Notes: a model not told the origin generated them from the sequence alone. Shown: positions 10,407 to 18,741, numbered from the stretch's first letter. The stretch: DNA of 64,000 bases from a virus (IMGVR_UViG_3300032225_001769:76612-140611); one strand, 5' to 3'. Translations and numbers: made by a program.

Positions 10407-10498
10407 GGGTCGGTCGGTGGTGTGGTTGACTTCTACAGTATAAAGGCAGGAAAGGGGGAACCGTGATCCCCCTTGTGCCAGTTGTCAGACTGTCACAG
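10407..10498 (-). promoter_or_regulatory. cassette element subfamily I (box GTGACAGTCTGACAACTGGCACA + GGGGGATCACGGTTCCCCC hairpin + TATACT + leader)
   Basis: read directly. Confidence 0.6.
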
Positions 10499-10738
10499 CA
10501 TCTCAACCACTCGCAGAATTGTGGTGATCTGCGCGGGAGTCTGATAGTATAGTGGATCTTCCAACATGTTGCCGTTGGGAGTAAACACGGCAACCTCAAA
10601 GGTATCCTGTCCAGTGATACCGTACACGCCGAATCCTTCCGGACCGGCAACAACGGAAACCTGCCAATCGTTGGCAAACGTTACCATTGCCCGCGTCAGG
10701 GGATCAAAGGTAGAAAAAGTGAGATCGGAGAAGATCAT
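10493..10738 (-). CDS. hypothetical protein (81 aa from MIFSDLTF...)
   Basis: track 10493..10801 trimmed; ..NKSTTPDRP are leader codons. Confidence 0.5.
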   Translation of the reverse strand: MIFSDLTFSTFDPLTRAMVTFANDWQVSVVAGPEGFGVYGITGQDTFEVAVFTPNGNMLEDPLYYQTPAQITTILRVVEML

Positions 10739-10800
10739 CGGTCGGTCTGGTGTGGTTGACTTGTTTATTCTACAGGATCGGAACCGGTTCGGAGGGTTCA
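10739..10800 (-). promoter_or_regulatory. cassette element subfamily I variant (palindromic hairpin CCGAACCGGTTCCG, TAGAAT -10, leader AACAAGTCAACCACACCAGACCGACCG)
   Basis: read directly. Confidence 0.5.
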
Positions 10801-10923
10801 AACCTTAAGAAAATCGGGATTGATTGATCAGCAATCCTGATGGGTCAGGGTCTTGACCTAGGGTGCGGGTGCCGTGCTAGGATGGTGAATAGAACCTAAA
10901 TAAATTGAAACTCAATTAGTTAT
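10801..10923 (+). promoter_or_regulatory. upstream region of plus-strand HNH gene with inverted repeat GGGATTGATTGATCAGCAATCC and 16-bp perfect palindrome GGTCAGGGTCTTGACC
   Basis: shares AGGATTGATTG motif with the 9240-9430 region. Confidence 0.35.
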
Positions 10924-11361
10924 ATGAAAGAATTAAAGAATCATCCTGGATATTTTATATCAGAAGATGGAAACTTCTACAACTCAAAAGGTAGACAATT
11001 AAAACAATTTCACAGATGCAAAGGATACTTAGGTGTAAGATTATATAAAACTGCATACTATGTGCATAGGTTAATTGCTGAGGAATTTATACCAAACCCC
11101 AACAATCATTCCCAGGTCAATCATATTGACAAAGATAGAAGTAACAATTGCATTGACAATTTAGAATGGTGCAATCCTCAACAAAATGTAGAGCATTCAT
11201 TGGCAAAAGTTTTTATCATTGAAAGTAAAAATGGTGAAAAATTTGAAGTCTTCAATTTAACAAAATGGTGTAGAGAAAATAACTTAAATATGAAAAACTT
11301 GCATGGTACAAAATCACCAAAATGCCGACAGCATTGGTCGCAAGGTTATCGTATTGTATAG
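10924..11361 (+). CDS. HNH homing endonuclease (HNH_3 type)
   Basis: 145 aa; ..GYLGVRL..YYVHRLIAEEFIPNPNNHSQVNHIDKDRSNNCIDNLEWCN.. ; only plus-strand gene in the region, typical free-standing insertion. Confidence 0.8.
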   Translation: MKELKNHPGYFISEDGNFYNSKGRQLKQFHRCKGYLGVRLYKTAYYVHRLIAEEFIPNPNNHSQVNHIDKDRSNNCIDNLEWCNPQQNVEHSLAKVFIIESKNGEKFEVFNLTKWCRENNLNMKNLHGTKSPKCRQHWSQGYRIV

Positions 11362-11372
11362 GTATAAAAAAG

Positions 11373-11390
11373 GGGAGGCGATTGCCTCCC
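11373..11390. terminator. bidirectional hairpin GGGAGGC-GATT-GCCTCCC (A-tract on + side, so T-tract for minus gene 11408..11664)
   Basis: GGAGGC-family hairpin. Confidence 0.45.
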
Positions 11391-11407
11391 GAGTTGATTA
11401 TACTCAA

Positions 11408-11664
11408 TCACCCAATCAGGGCGGCAATCACTCTATCACGCTTGCGAATCTGGTTTGTTTTAATGAACCAAAGGTCGCGCCGCTTGCCTTTCACTGTGGC
11501 GCCCAGAATCCCGGCGGTTTCCATATCAACCATCACGGCGTGAATGGTGCCCTTGTGGCGCCGGGGATCGAGACCCATGCCCCGCACAAGGTCGGAGCAC
11601 GTTTGCGGTCCGACCTTGATCAGGGAAGCGCGGATGGTGGCGCGGATGATGGTGGGGAAGATCA
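11408..11664 (-). CDS. hypothetical basic protein (85 aa from MIFPTIIRATIRAS...)
   Basis: track 11408..11764 trimmed at cassette leader; GC-rich. Confidence 0.45.
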
Positions 11665-11769
11665 TCGGTCGGTCTGGTGTGGTTGACTTGCTAATCCTAC
11701 AGGATCGGGAACCGGTTAGGGTGCCATTGTGCCACCTTGCAAACCGTCCACCGAACCGTCTCATGGGGG

Positions 11770-11870
11770 GATCGGTGCCTGTAGACTATGAGGACAATCA
11801 GCACCAACGGCAGTAGGGTAACTGCCTGACCAATCCATCGCCACCGAACCTGCAATAAAATAATGGGGTA
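11770..11870. repeat. ~90-bp direct repeat copy R1 (second copy 13740-13830): ..CAGCACCAACGG..N..ATCGCCAC(C/G)GAACCTGCAATAAAATAAT
   Basis: two copies conserved at nucleotide level in different reading frames, so non-coding. Confidence 0.5.
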
Positions 11871-11884
11871 AAAAGTATAAAAAA

Positions 11885-11903
11885 AGGAGGCAGAATTGCC
11901 CCC
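11885..11903 (-). terminator. terminator GGGGGCAATTCTGCCTCC + T7
   Basis: downstream of 11919..12218. Confidence 0.45.
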
Positions 11904-11918
11904 TTTTAATGATAAGTT

Positions 11919-12218
11919 TCAATTCTGCTGGAAGTTGTAAACCATTCGGCGCGATCTGATAGAAACAACTCGCCGCAGATCAAAGGATCTCCAAGCACCG
12001 AAACCTTCCTCCCTGGCGATGTTAAGATCGCGGATGCGGAAAATGTAAGGATCACTAGTAGGATTGCCGGTTCCTTTGACCTCATTACGATCACGGGGAT
12101 TGAAACTAATCCGGCGCATTGTTCCATCTTTCTTCATAAACTGAACGGAAACAATCGTAGAACCTTCACTATAAAGGAAACTACGGACAATCTCAGGATT
12201 GGCGGTGGTGGTGCTCAT
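11919..12218 (-). CDS. hypothetical protein (99 aa)
   Basis: ORF track; cassette 12219-12303 upstream. Confidence 0.5.
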   Translation of the reverse strand: MSTTTANPEIVRSFLYSEGSTIVSVQFMKKDGTMRRISFNPRDRNEVKGTGNPTSDPYIFRIRDLNIAREEGFGAWRSFDLRRVVSIRSRRMVYNFQQN

Positions 12219-12291
12219 TGTCTGGTGTGGTTGATTGCTTGCTAATCCTAGGCGCAGTATGGGGGGATCGAATCCCCCCGTGTGCCAGTTA

Positions 12292-13044
12292 TCAGACTGT
12301 CACAGTCTTTTTCTTACTGTAACCGCTGAACTGTTTGTTAGAACGACGGGCACGGATTGCAGCACCCCAGGATGAACCTTTCGGTTGCGTATTGTGTACA
12401 AGCAAACCGAACGGTTTATCACCGAAACAATGTGAATCATCATGGTCAATCTCCAGACCCTCAGCATTAGCATCCTCTTCAGTCTTGAAGACTTTAGCAT
12501 AACGAGGAAACAAACCCTGCTCGATCATGATATCAAACACGCCACCATAAGATGCGGTAAGATAGAAGTTATCGAGCAGATTCTCTACACCAAACTCTTG
12601 GAAAATATGAAGAGATTTACTATAGCAATAGAACTTCAGATCAGGATTAGACTTTGCAACCTTATTCCATGCTTGAAGATACAACGGATTGAAAAAGTCT
12701 CCGCTCTCATGAATACGAACCAATTCCGTATTGCGTGTGCGAAAGTGTTGCAAAGCAGTGTTAGTCTGATCGGCAGTATAATCCACACCGAGGCGCAGAT
12801 AGTCAACAATAGTCCCAAGATTCTCGGCGCGACTATTGAATGCGCCACTATACTGCACCTCTCCACTAGCAGCAAAGCAGCGGAATTGAGTGTGCTCGCC
12901 ATCACGAATGGTGCGCTTGCCATTGTTATCAACAACTGCCCAAGACTTACACTCTAATGCACCGGGGCAAGTCTTTCCAGCGGGAAGATTGAAGATCAGG
13001 GTTTGCTTGCCAAGTTTGGCGTTACCCTTGGTGAAATTAAGCAT
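12292..13044 (-). CDS. hypothetical Cys/His-rich protein (250 aa), enzyme-sized
   Basis: ORF track; GC-rich; cassette 13045-13134 upstream; function not recognised. Confidence 0.5.
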   Translation of the reverse strand: MLNFTKGNAKLGKQTLIFNLPAGKTCPGALECKSWAVVDNNGKRTIRDGEHTQFRCFAASGEVQYSGAFNSRAENLGTIVDYLRLGVDYTADQTNTALQHFRTRNTELVRIHESGDFFNPLYLQAWNKVAKSNPDLKFYCYSKSLHIFQEFGVENLLDNFYLTASYGGVFDIMIEQGLFPRYAKVFKTEEDANAEGLEIDHDDSHCFGDKPFGLLVHNTQPKGSSWGAAIRARRSNKQFSGYSKKKTVTV

Positions 13045-13136
13045 CGGTCGGTCGGTGGTGGTGGACTTGTTTATCCTACAGGCAGGAAGGGGGGAACCGT
13101 GATCCCCCCTGTGACACTTAACAAACTGTCACATTA

Positions 13137-13607
13137 TCACTTCCAGAGTTTTTCTGCAATGAGACGATCTACCAAAACCTGAGCAAGTTTGCCACAATGA
13201 TCACATGCTTTTGCATACTTAATCTCAGACTTGAGACTATACTTACTAGACCGCAGATCATACACACCAAACTTATAGCGATAAACTGCACTTACTGCCT
13301 TTAGAAGTTGGCGCTTGTGAAGATCACCTTTTGCCAACTTATAGGCAGGAATAAGATAAACAAAGTTGTTGCACTTAAGAGACAGTTTCAGTTTGTCAAC
13401 AATAAATGTTGCACCTTTTGCACCAAAGTAAGGTGTAAGTTCAACCTCCAGAAAAGCATTGAATGGTGCCAATTCTACCGGTTCGTTAGAAACAACCGGA
13501 GCAACTGGTTGTGCCAGAGTGTTAGAAACCATGCCCAAGATCTGAGCAATTTGATCAATTTGTCCCTCAACTTGGTTGCCGTTGATAACAAGTTGGATGG
13601 TGTTCAT
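13137..13607 (-). CDS. hypothetical protein (~156 aa from MNTIQLVINGNQVEG...)
   Basis: track 13137..13793 trimmed; degenerate cassette 13608-13712. Confidence 0.45.
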   Translation of the reverse strand: MNTIQLVINGNQVEGQIDQIAQILGMVSNTLAQPVAPVVSNEPVELAPFNAFLEVELTPYFGAKGATFIVDKLKLSLKCNNFVYLIPAYKLAKGDLHKRQLLKAVSAVYRYKFGVYDLRSSKYSLKSEIKYAKACDHCGKLAQVLVDRLIAEKLWK

Positions 13608-13739
13608 TGGTCTGGGGTGGTGGTCGGCAGCGGTGGTGTGCCGATGGCGTAATGATGCCACACCAGAACCGACCAGATCCAGCGGTCTTGTGCCATTGCT
13701 CCAACTGTCACAGCAGCACGGTTTCTGATCGGTTTCATG

Positions 13740-13830
13740 GTATTTTAATTGGACAACCAGCACCAACGGGGGAAAGGTATCCCTACTGAACAATACATCG
13801 CCACGGAACCTGCAATAAAATAATTATCAC
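13740..13830. repeat. direct repeat copy R2 (see 11770-11870)
   Basis: shared 30-mer CATCGCCAC(G/C)GAACCTGCAATAAAATAAT. Confidence 0.5.
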
Positions 13831-13961
13831 AGAATGTTAAAAAAATGGATCAGGCACCACCCCGATCCACATTAACCACTCACCTATGCTATAATTATCT
13901 GTTATCTTTCGCGCTGGGTAACTTTAACATTCAGCGATGGCAAACCCCTTCCATCTTTATC

Positions 13962-14153
13962 TTACAATTCTACCATCCAGTCCGTGTCTTTGTCAAGATG
14001 TACCCAGAAGTGATTGCGTCCGTTCATGGATGTAAGGAACACGCGATTACCCAGGTGTTGCTCAATGATACACTCGCTGTCTGCGTCCATGATGTTAGCA
14101 AACCTGTTCTTTGCCTTGCGGGAGAGTGGTGTGACAAATGCGGTGTTGTTCAT
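13962..14153 (-). CDS. hypothetical protein (63 aa)
   Basis: ORF track; co-oriented; overlapping + ORF 13845..14195 considered less likely. Confidence 0.4.
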   Translation of the reverse strand: MNNTAFVTPLSRKAKNRFANIMDADSECIIEQHLGNRVFLTSMNGRNHFWVHLDKDTDWMVEL

Positions 14154-14196
14154 GCGATTGCCTGCGAATGCCTGTATTGTACTGTGAATGTGTGAG

Positions 14197-14247
14197 TCTC
14201 GTCGAGATGTAGTGTGCCACTTGTGCGACTGTCACATCTCGACGAGA
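14197..14247. repeat. 13-bp perfect inverted repeat TCTCGTCGAGATG / CATCTCGACGAGA flanking a dyad-box copy; same CTCG(A/T)CGAGAT motif as iterons at 20.8 kb
   Basis: read directly. Confidence 0.55.
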
Positions 14248-14265
14248 GTATAATCTCGACTAGAG

Positions 14266-14391
14266 TTATTTCCTCAGGGGAGAATTAAAGTAACGGCGAA
14301 AAGAAGTAAGAACAATGATGCCCGTCGAAACAATACCAACCATACCAAGGAAGGTAACAGCATCACCAGTGAAGTTAAGAGTGTCAGGCAT
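14266..14391 (-). CDS. small membrane peptide (41 aa, MPDTLNFTGDAVTFLGMVGIVSTGIIVLTSFRRYFNSPLRK)
   Basis: ATG overlaps upstream stop (ATGCCTGA); hydrophobic; shorter form of track ORF 14266..14472. Confidence 0.3.
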   Translation of the reverse strand: MPDTLNFTGDAVTFLGMVGIVSTGIIVLTSFRRYFNSPLRK

Positions 14392-14533
14392 TTTCAAAAA
14401 GCGAGTGAATTTTGTTGCGAATGGAGTAAACTTGGTCAGAATCTTCTTCATCATCATCCAGACCATGACCAACTAGATTGTAGATCATGTCCCATTCTTC
14501 ATTGGTGAAGAACTCTATGATGGTGTCGGGCAT
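14384..14533 (-). CDS. small acidic protein (49 aa from MPDTIIEFF...)
   Basis: track 14384..14566 trimmed; ITKSTKRTPS are leader codons. Confidence 0.4.
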   Translation of the reverse strand: MPDTIIEFFTNEEWDMIYNLVGHGLDDDEEDSDQVYSIRNKIHSLFENA

Positions 14534-14620
14534 TGAAGGTGTCCGTTTGGTTGACTTTGTAATCATAGGGCACCTAGAGGGGATTCTAGGTGCCTCTGGG
14601 ACAGTTCTCAGACTGGCACA
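14534..14620 (-). promoter_or_regulatory. cassette element subfamily II: box + hairpin GGCACCTAGA-ATCCCC-TCTAGGTGCC + CCCTATGAT -10 + leader TACAAAGTCAACCAAA
   Basis: the same ~85-bp unit recurs at 15040-15125, 15633-15717, 16115-16201, 16606-16696, 18672-18753 and 19534-19623. Confidence 0.6.
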
Positions 14621-15039
14621 GTGTTCAGATTCTGAAGAGTAAAGTATGCTTCAATCAGATTCTCCACACTGAGAATTGTTCCATCTTTGCTATAAAAAGT
14701 CACACCAGATTCCATACCAGTTCTGCTACTGTAGTTTGCACTATCAATACGCATCACTTTGCTGGTCATAATAGGAAGAAACTGATCGAGCAACCAATCC
14801 CATACATCAGTATTACTATTGCATTCTTCAGTATCAATCTCAACTATAATCTTATCAGCAACTTGACGAACATAAGCATTGAAATCTAGGTCCAGTTCCC
14901 CATCAACTTCACCAAACTCATCAAAGATGAAGTTCGGTTCGCTGATACAACGCTTTGCAAGACCATCAAGAAAAGACTCAAGATTGAAGTTTTCCACTAC
15001 AGCACATGTAGCAGTTGAAGTGAAATGAGTGTAAGACAT
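14608..15039 (-). CDS. acidic hypothetical protein (143 aa from MSYTHFTST...)
   Basis: track 14608..15081 trimmed (MPYDYKVNQRTPQP is leader). Confidence 0.5.
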   Translation of the reverse strand: MSYTHFTSTATCAVVENFNLESFLDGLAKRCISEPNFIFDEFGEVDGELDLDFNAYVRQVADKIIVEIDTEECNSNTDVWDWLLDQFLPIMTSKVMRIDSANYSSRTGMESGVTFYSKDGTILSVENLIEAYFTLQNLNTVPV

Positions 15040-15116
15040 TGGTTGGGGGGTCCTTTGGTTGACTTTGTAATCATAGGGCACCTAGAGGGGATTCTAGGTG
15101 CCGCTGTGCCAGTTGT

Positions 15117-15632
15117 TCAGGTGTCTAACAATGCCTTAAGGGACTTAATTGTATCTTTATATTTCTTCAATTCTTCCTCAAGTTCTTTAATCTTGAGGTC
15201 TTTATCATCTTGAGGTTCTTCTTTTTTCTCAAGAATGGTTCCAATTAAGTTAGTATCCAGAAGGTTAGCACCCTCAAGGTTAGCACCCTCAAGGTTAGCA
15301 CCCTCAAGGATAGCACGCCAAAGGTTAGCACCCCAAAGGTTAGCACCCCAAAGGTTAGCACCCCGAAGGTCAGCATTCATAAGGTTAGCATCCTGAAGGT
15401 CAGCACCCCGAAGGTCAGCATCCTCAAGGTTAGCACCCTCAAGGTTAGCACCCCGAAGGTAAGCACCCCGAAGGTAAGCATTCACAAGGTCAGCATCCTC
15501 AAGGTTAGCACCCACAAGGTTAGCACCCCGAAGGTTAGCACCCCGAAGGTTAGCACCCACAAGGTTAGCACCCCAAAGGTTAGCACCCCAAAGGTAAGCA
15601 CCCGGTTCGATTTTGTATCCGTTGACGATCAT
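15117..15632 (-). CDS. pentapeptide-repeat protein with C-terminal charged coiled-coil tail
   Basis: 171 aa from [13 protein letters not shown]; >25 tandem A(N/D)LxG pentapeptides ([15 protein letters not shown]..), DNA-level 15-nt repeats 15240-15600. Confidence 0.8.
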   Translation of the reverse strand: MIVNGYKIEPGAYLWGANLWGANLVGANLRGANLRGANLVGANLEDADLVNAYLRGAYLRGANLEGANLEDADLRGADLQDANLMNADLRGANLWGANLWGANLWRAILEGANLEGANLEGANLLDTNLIGTILEKKEEPQDDKDLKIKELEEELKKYKDTIKSLKALLDT

Positions 15633-15715
15633 GGTGAGATTCCTTTGGTTGACTTTGTAATCATAAGGCACCTAGAGGGGATTCTAGGTGCCGCTGTGCC
15701 AGTTGTCAGAGTGTC

Positions 15716-15982
15716 CTACCAGGTATAGTCTTTGAACAGTTCTTCTGCATTAGCATCAGGATCAAACATTACATAATCAACATCAGGAAATTGAGTATGA
15801 ACCAATCTCAGTAAATCTACCAAACAGTGCATACCTTCGTTCAAATATGTGTCCCACATTCCAGAGTCAGCAATTACCAAAGAAAGTGTATCACTGGAAA
15901 GATAAGAAATCTTATCAATCTTTGCGGCCTCCAAGGTGTGCAAATGAATGGTGGAGAGTGTAAGAACCTTAGAAAATTCCAT
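15716..15982 (-). CDS. hypothetical protein (88 aa)
   Basis: ORF track. Confidence 0.45.
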   Translation of the reverse strand: MEFSKVLTLSTIHLHTLEAAKIDKISYLSSDTLSLVIADSGMWDTYLNEGMHCLVDLLRLVHTQFPDVDYVMFDPDANAEELFKDYTW

Positions 15983-15985
15983 GAT

Positions 15986-16114
15986 TCAGAAGTCGATGTT
16001 GGAGTTGAGTTTGGCATTGAAAATAGATTCATCTTCTTCATCTTCCCACAATTCGGGAATGTCAAAGATTTCACCGGGAGCATCAGCGATTTCGATCCAG
16101 AGAGTGTCTTCCAT
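15986..16114 (-). CDS. small acidic protein (42 aa, MEDTLWIEIADAPGEIFDIPELWEDEEDESIFNAKLNSNIDF)
   Basis: ATG after cassette 16115-16201; stop TGA 1 nt before next ATG; track ORFs 15874..16155(-) and 15827..16144(+) are other frames. Confidence 0.3.
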   Translation of the reverse strand: MEDTLWIEIADAPGEIFDIPELWEDEEDESIFNAKLNSNIDF

Positions 16115-16197
16115 GTGGTTGGGGGTGTGTGGTTGACTTTGTAATCATAGGGCACCTAGAGGGGATTCTAGGTGCCGCTGTGACAGTTCTTAAAGTG

Positions 16198-16605
16198 TCA
16201 CCTTAGGTAAAGATAAGAACCTGCCCAGTCTGCACGTTGATACATCTCAGTGCGAGACGCATCATTCATTAGATTGTAGCGGATTCCCTTTGCCGGTGCC
16301 TGCCATGATGCAGGTTTGAATACATCACCCGTCTTCAGATCCACAAAAGCATGAACACTTTTACTACCATAAGAGGTAATGTGAGTAATCTTGGCATACT
16401 TCTTGCCATTAGTGTAAACGAATTGGTCTACACCTTCACCCTCGGAGAGTTTCTCAATGCACTCTCGGTGATACTGTACACTCTCACCTTTCTCAATAGA
16501 ATGGCGGTGATGCTGAATTGAATAAGACTGATAGTTTGTGCGAAGAACCTCACACATCTCTTCAATCTTCTCAATCACTGGAGAAACCGTGGCAGTGGCA
16601 GTCAT
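16198..16605 (-). CDS. hypothetical protein (135 aa from MTATATVSPV...)
   Basis: track trimmed at leader. Confidence 0.5.
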   Translation of the reverse strand: MTATATVSPVIEKIEEMCEVLRTNYQSYSIQHHRHSIEKGESVQYHRECIEKLSEGEGVDQFVYTNGKKYAKITHITSYGSKSVHAFVDLKTGDVFKPASWQAPAKGIRYNLMNDASRTEMYQRADWAGSYLYLR

Positions 16606-16691
16606 CGGTTGAATGGTGTCTTTGGTTGACTTTGTAATCATAGACGCACCTAGAGGGGATTCTAGGTGCCTCTGGGACAGTTCTTAAAGTG

Positions 16692-16818
16692 TCACGGTAG
16701 GCAGTGATAGTCTGGAGTGATCATGTTAGCAGTGCTTCTCATGAATGATGCTGTACCTTCTCTAACTGATGAATTCGCCAGAAAGAAGATTACAAAAACC
16801 AGAAGAATGAGTTTCATT
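16692..16818 (-). CDS. small secreted/membrane peptide (41 aa, MKLILLVFVIFFLANSSVREG...)
   Basis: signal-peptide-like N-terminus; stop TGA inside dyad box. Confidence 0.3.
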
Positions 16819-16883
16819 GGTTGACAGAATGCTGAAAGTACAGTAGACTAGGTTTGTCGCTTTTGAGATCAGGTTGTAGAAGC

Positions 16884-17273
16884 TTAGAGAGTCACAGGAA
16901 CAGGAATTGCAACAATCTCTGGAGTAGTACCGTGAAGATCATAACAAACCCATTCATCATTCCTAAAGATATAAGCATACTCTTCACCATCCATGAGATA
17001 ACCAATCACAGATGAATTTGTACGAGGTTCACAAACCTGTCCACGTTCAGAATAGTATAGAGGACGATACTCCATAGTTTCCTGATCCCAATTGCGATCT
17101 GTCCAAAGAGAACTAATGTCACCACCAGCAATCAGTTCTGATGCTTTCTCATAAGAATTGAAATGTTCTTGAAGTACTACACCATTGAACTCAGGATAAT
17201 TATCCCAATGACAATAGACGGAAAGAACACTATCATCGGGAAGTAAAATTCCGATTCTTCCTCTTGTCGCCAT
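16884..17273 (-). CDS. hypothetical protein (129 aa)
   Basis: ORF track; cassette 17274-17365. Confidence 0.5.
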   Translation of the reverse strand: MATRGRIGILLPDDSVLSVYCHWDNYPEFNGVVLQEHFNSYEKASELIAGGDISSLWTDRNWDQETMEYRPLYYSERGQVCEPRTNSSVIGYLMDGEEYAYIFRNDEWVCYDLHGTTPEIVAIPVPVTL

Positions 17274-17316
17274 GATGTTGTGGATGTGTGGTTGACTCTC
17301 TTAAGATACAGGAGTT

Positions 17317-17895
17317 TCAGTGAGGTGTGGGTGAGTCTTGTGTCACTTCTTCAACTGTCACAAGGTCTTTGTATCGTTTCCATTTTCCATAGGCTATATT
17401 TTTAATTCCCGATGTGGAGTATCCATTGTCAACTGCCCATCTTTGTAGTCCACCTATAATAATTTCTTTACCATTACTATAAACTATTCTCCAAATTTTT
17501 GCTCTTGGATTATTTGCACCTTTATATTGTTTATTTCTTTCTATTGCCATTTTTCTTTGAATTTCTACTTGATGTGGAGGGCAAATTCCTTTCCTACCTT
17601 TATTCCAAGCGGGAACACCTTTCATACCTTCTCCGCCATCACTCATATTTCTCAAAATACCAGTTCCTAAATCTTTTCTACCAAAAACATTAATCATATA
17701 AATTTCATGTTTATATGCCTCCTCTTCTGTTAAGTTTTGTTTGAGGATAAGGATTCTATCTTTCTCTGGAGGAGTAAAGTATCCTCCTTTACTTTTACTT
17801 CTCCAGTGTTTCACATATGCCCGATATCCTTTTCCCTTACCAATATAATAAGGTGTCTTATCTTCACGCAAGTAAGCGTAAGTGTAGTATTCCAT
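17317..17895 (-). CDS. GIY-YIG homing endonuclease (Seg-like)
   Basis: 192 aa; N-terminal YYTYAYLREDKTPYYIGKGKG GIY-YIG motif; paralog of 21213..21812. Confidence 0.8.
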   Translation of the reverse strand: MEYYTYAYLREDKTPYYIGKGKGYRAYVKHWRSKSKGGYFTPPEKDRILILKQNLTEEEAYKHEIYMINVFGRKDLGTGILRNMSDGGEGMKGVPAWNKGRKGICPPHQVEIQRKMAIERNKQYKGANNPRAKIWRIVYSNGKEIIIGGLQRWAVDNGYSTSGIKNIAYGKWKRYKDLVTVEEVTQDSPTPH

Positions 17896-17932
17896 CTACT
17901 TTGTTTGTTTGGCAGAAATATTTATACAAGAA

Positions 17933-17952
17933 AGGAGGCATTTCTGCCTCCT
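17933..17952 (-). terminator. hairpin GGAGGCA-TTTC-TGCCTCC
   Basis: GGAGGC family; lies upstream of the GIY-YIG gene on the transcribed strand, so downstream of 17993..18232. Confidence 0.4.
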
Positions 17953-17992
17953 ATTCTTTGCTCGCAGTCGCCAAACAAACAAGCATTAATAT

Positions 17993-18232
17993 TTAGAGTG
18001 GCACACAGGCACCGATACGAATCTGCTCTCGACTTGTTTCAGCAGGATAATTATTGATACTATGAATTCCCCAGTAATACCTGCGAACAGTACGCTCACT
18101 GAGATTCATTGTTTCGGCAATCTGTTCGTAGGCCATACCAACGTACCTGCAAAGATTGACGTATTTAATATTCTCTAGTGCTTCGTGAGTTGCATGAACA
18201 GTGGAGAATTCTGAAACTGTTGGGATTTTCAT
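17993..18232 (-). CDS. small HTH DNA-binding protein (sigma-70 region-4-like helix-turn-helix)
   Basis: 79 aa; ..YEQIAETMNLSERTVRRYYWGIH..; paralog of 19611..19853 (shared C-terminus IR(I/L)GACV(P/T)L). Confidence 0.5.
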   Translation of the reverse strand: MKIPTVSEFSTVHATHEALENIKYVNLCRYVGMAYEQIAETMNLSERTVRRYYWGIHSINNYPAETSREQIRIGACVPL

Positions 18233-18255
18233 GATGTGGGGAGTTTCTTTGTGAA

Positions 18256-18432
18256 TCAGAAATGAATGATAGGGTAATCAACATCAACTACATCATATCT
18301 GGCGCCATTAATAAACTCTAAACCTACCTGATAATATTCATCATGATTTTCACGATCATAAACACAAACATCAGTGTTCAGTTGTTCTTCTGTGAGTTGC
18401 TGTAACTGTTGCAGGAGTTCTTTGTAAATCAT
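18256..18432 (-). CDS. hypothetical protein (58 aa from MIYKELLQQ...)
   Basis: track trimmed; 23 nt upstream of HTH gene. Confidence 0.4.
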   Translation of the reverse strand: MIYKELLQQLQQLTEEQLNTDVCVYDRENHDEYYQVGLEFINGARYDVVDVDYPIIHF

Positions 18433-18509
18433 GAGGTGTCTCAGGAACAAATGTAATGTAGCAGGGCACCAGCATCAGATCCAGTGCCGCTGTGACAGTT
18501 CTTATGGTG

Positions 18510-18671
18510 TCACCTGATCAGATCAACAGAAACATTCTTCAGATTCAATCCTTGTAGTTGAGTAGTCACACGATTGCAAATAAGAGTCGGTGCAGTCTTT
18601 GCTTTGGACTTCTCATACCAGATCGTTGTGCATCCATCATTAGTCTCAACTCGGATTCTGTATTCTTTCAT
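18510..18671 (-). CDS. hypothetical protein (53 aa from MKEYRIRVETNDG...)
   Basis: track 18510..18707 trimmed at leader. Confidence 0.4.
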   Translation of the reverse strand: MKEYRIRVETNDGCTTIWYEKSKAKTAPTLICNRVTTQLQGLNLKNVSVDLIR

Positions 18672-18741
18672 GAGGTGTCTTTGGTTGACTTTGTAATCAT
18701 AAGGCACCTAGAGGGGATTCTAGGTGCCTCTGGGACAGTTC

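Noticed and set aside
12442-12957. Long plus-strand ORFs overlapping minus-strand genes (e.g. 12442..12957, 4797..5018, 8417..8857, 19656..20177, 22639..23022, 23178..23672, 27523..27993, 33991..34686, 55622..56074)
   Set aside because: They are antisense to better-supported, functionally recognisable minus-strand genes in a uniformly minus-oriented operon structure. They are likely shadow ORFs.
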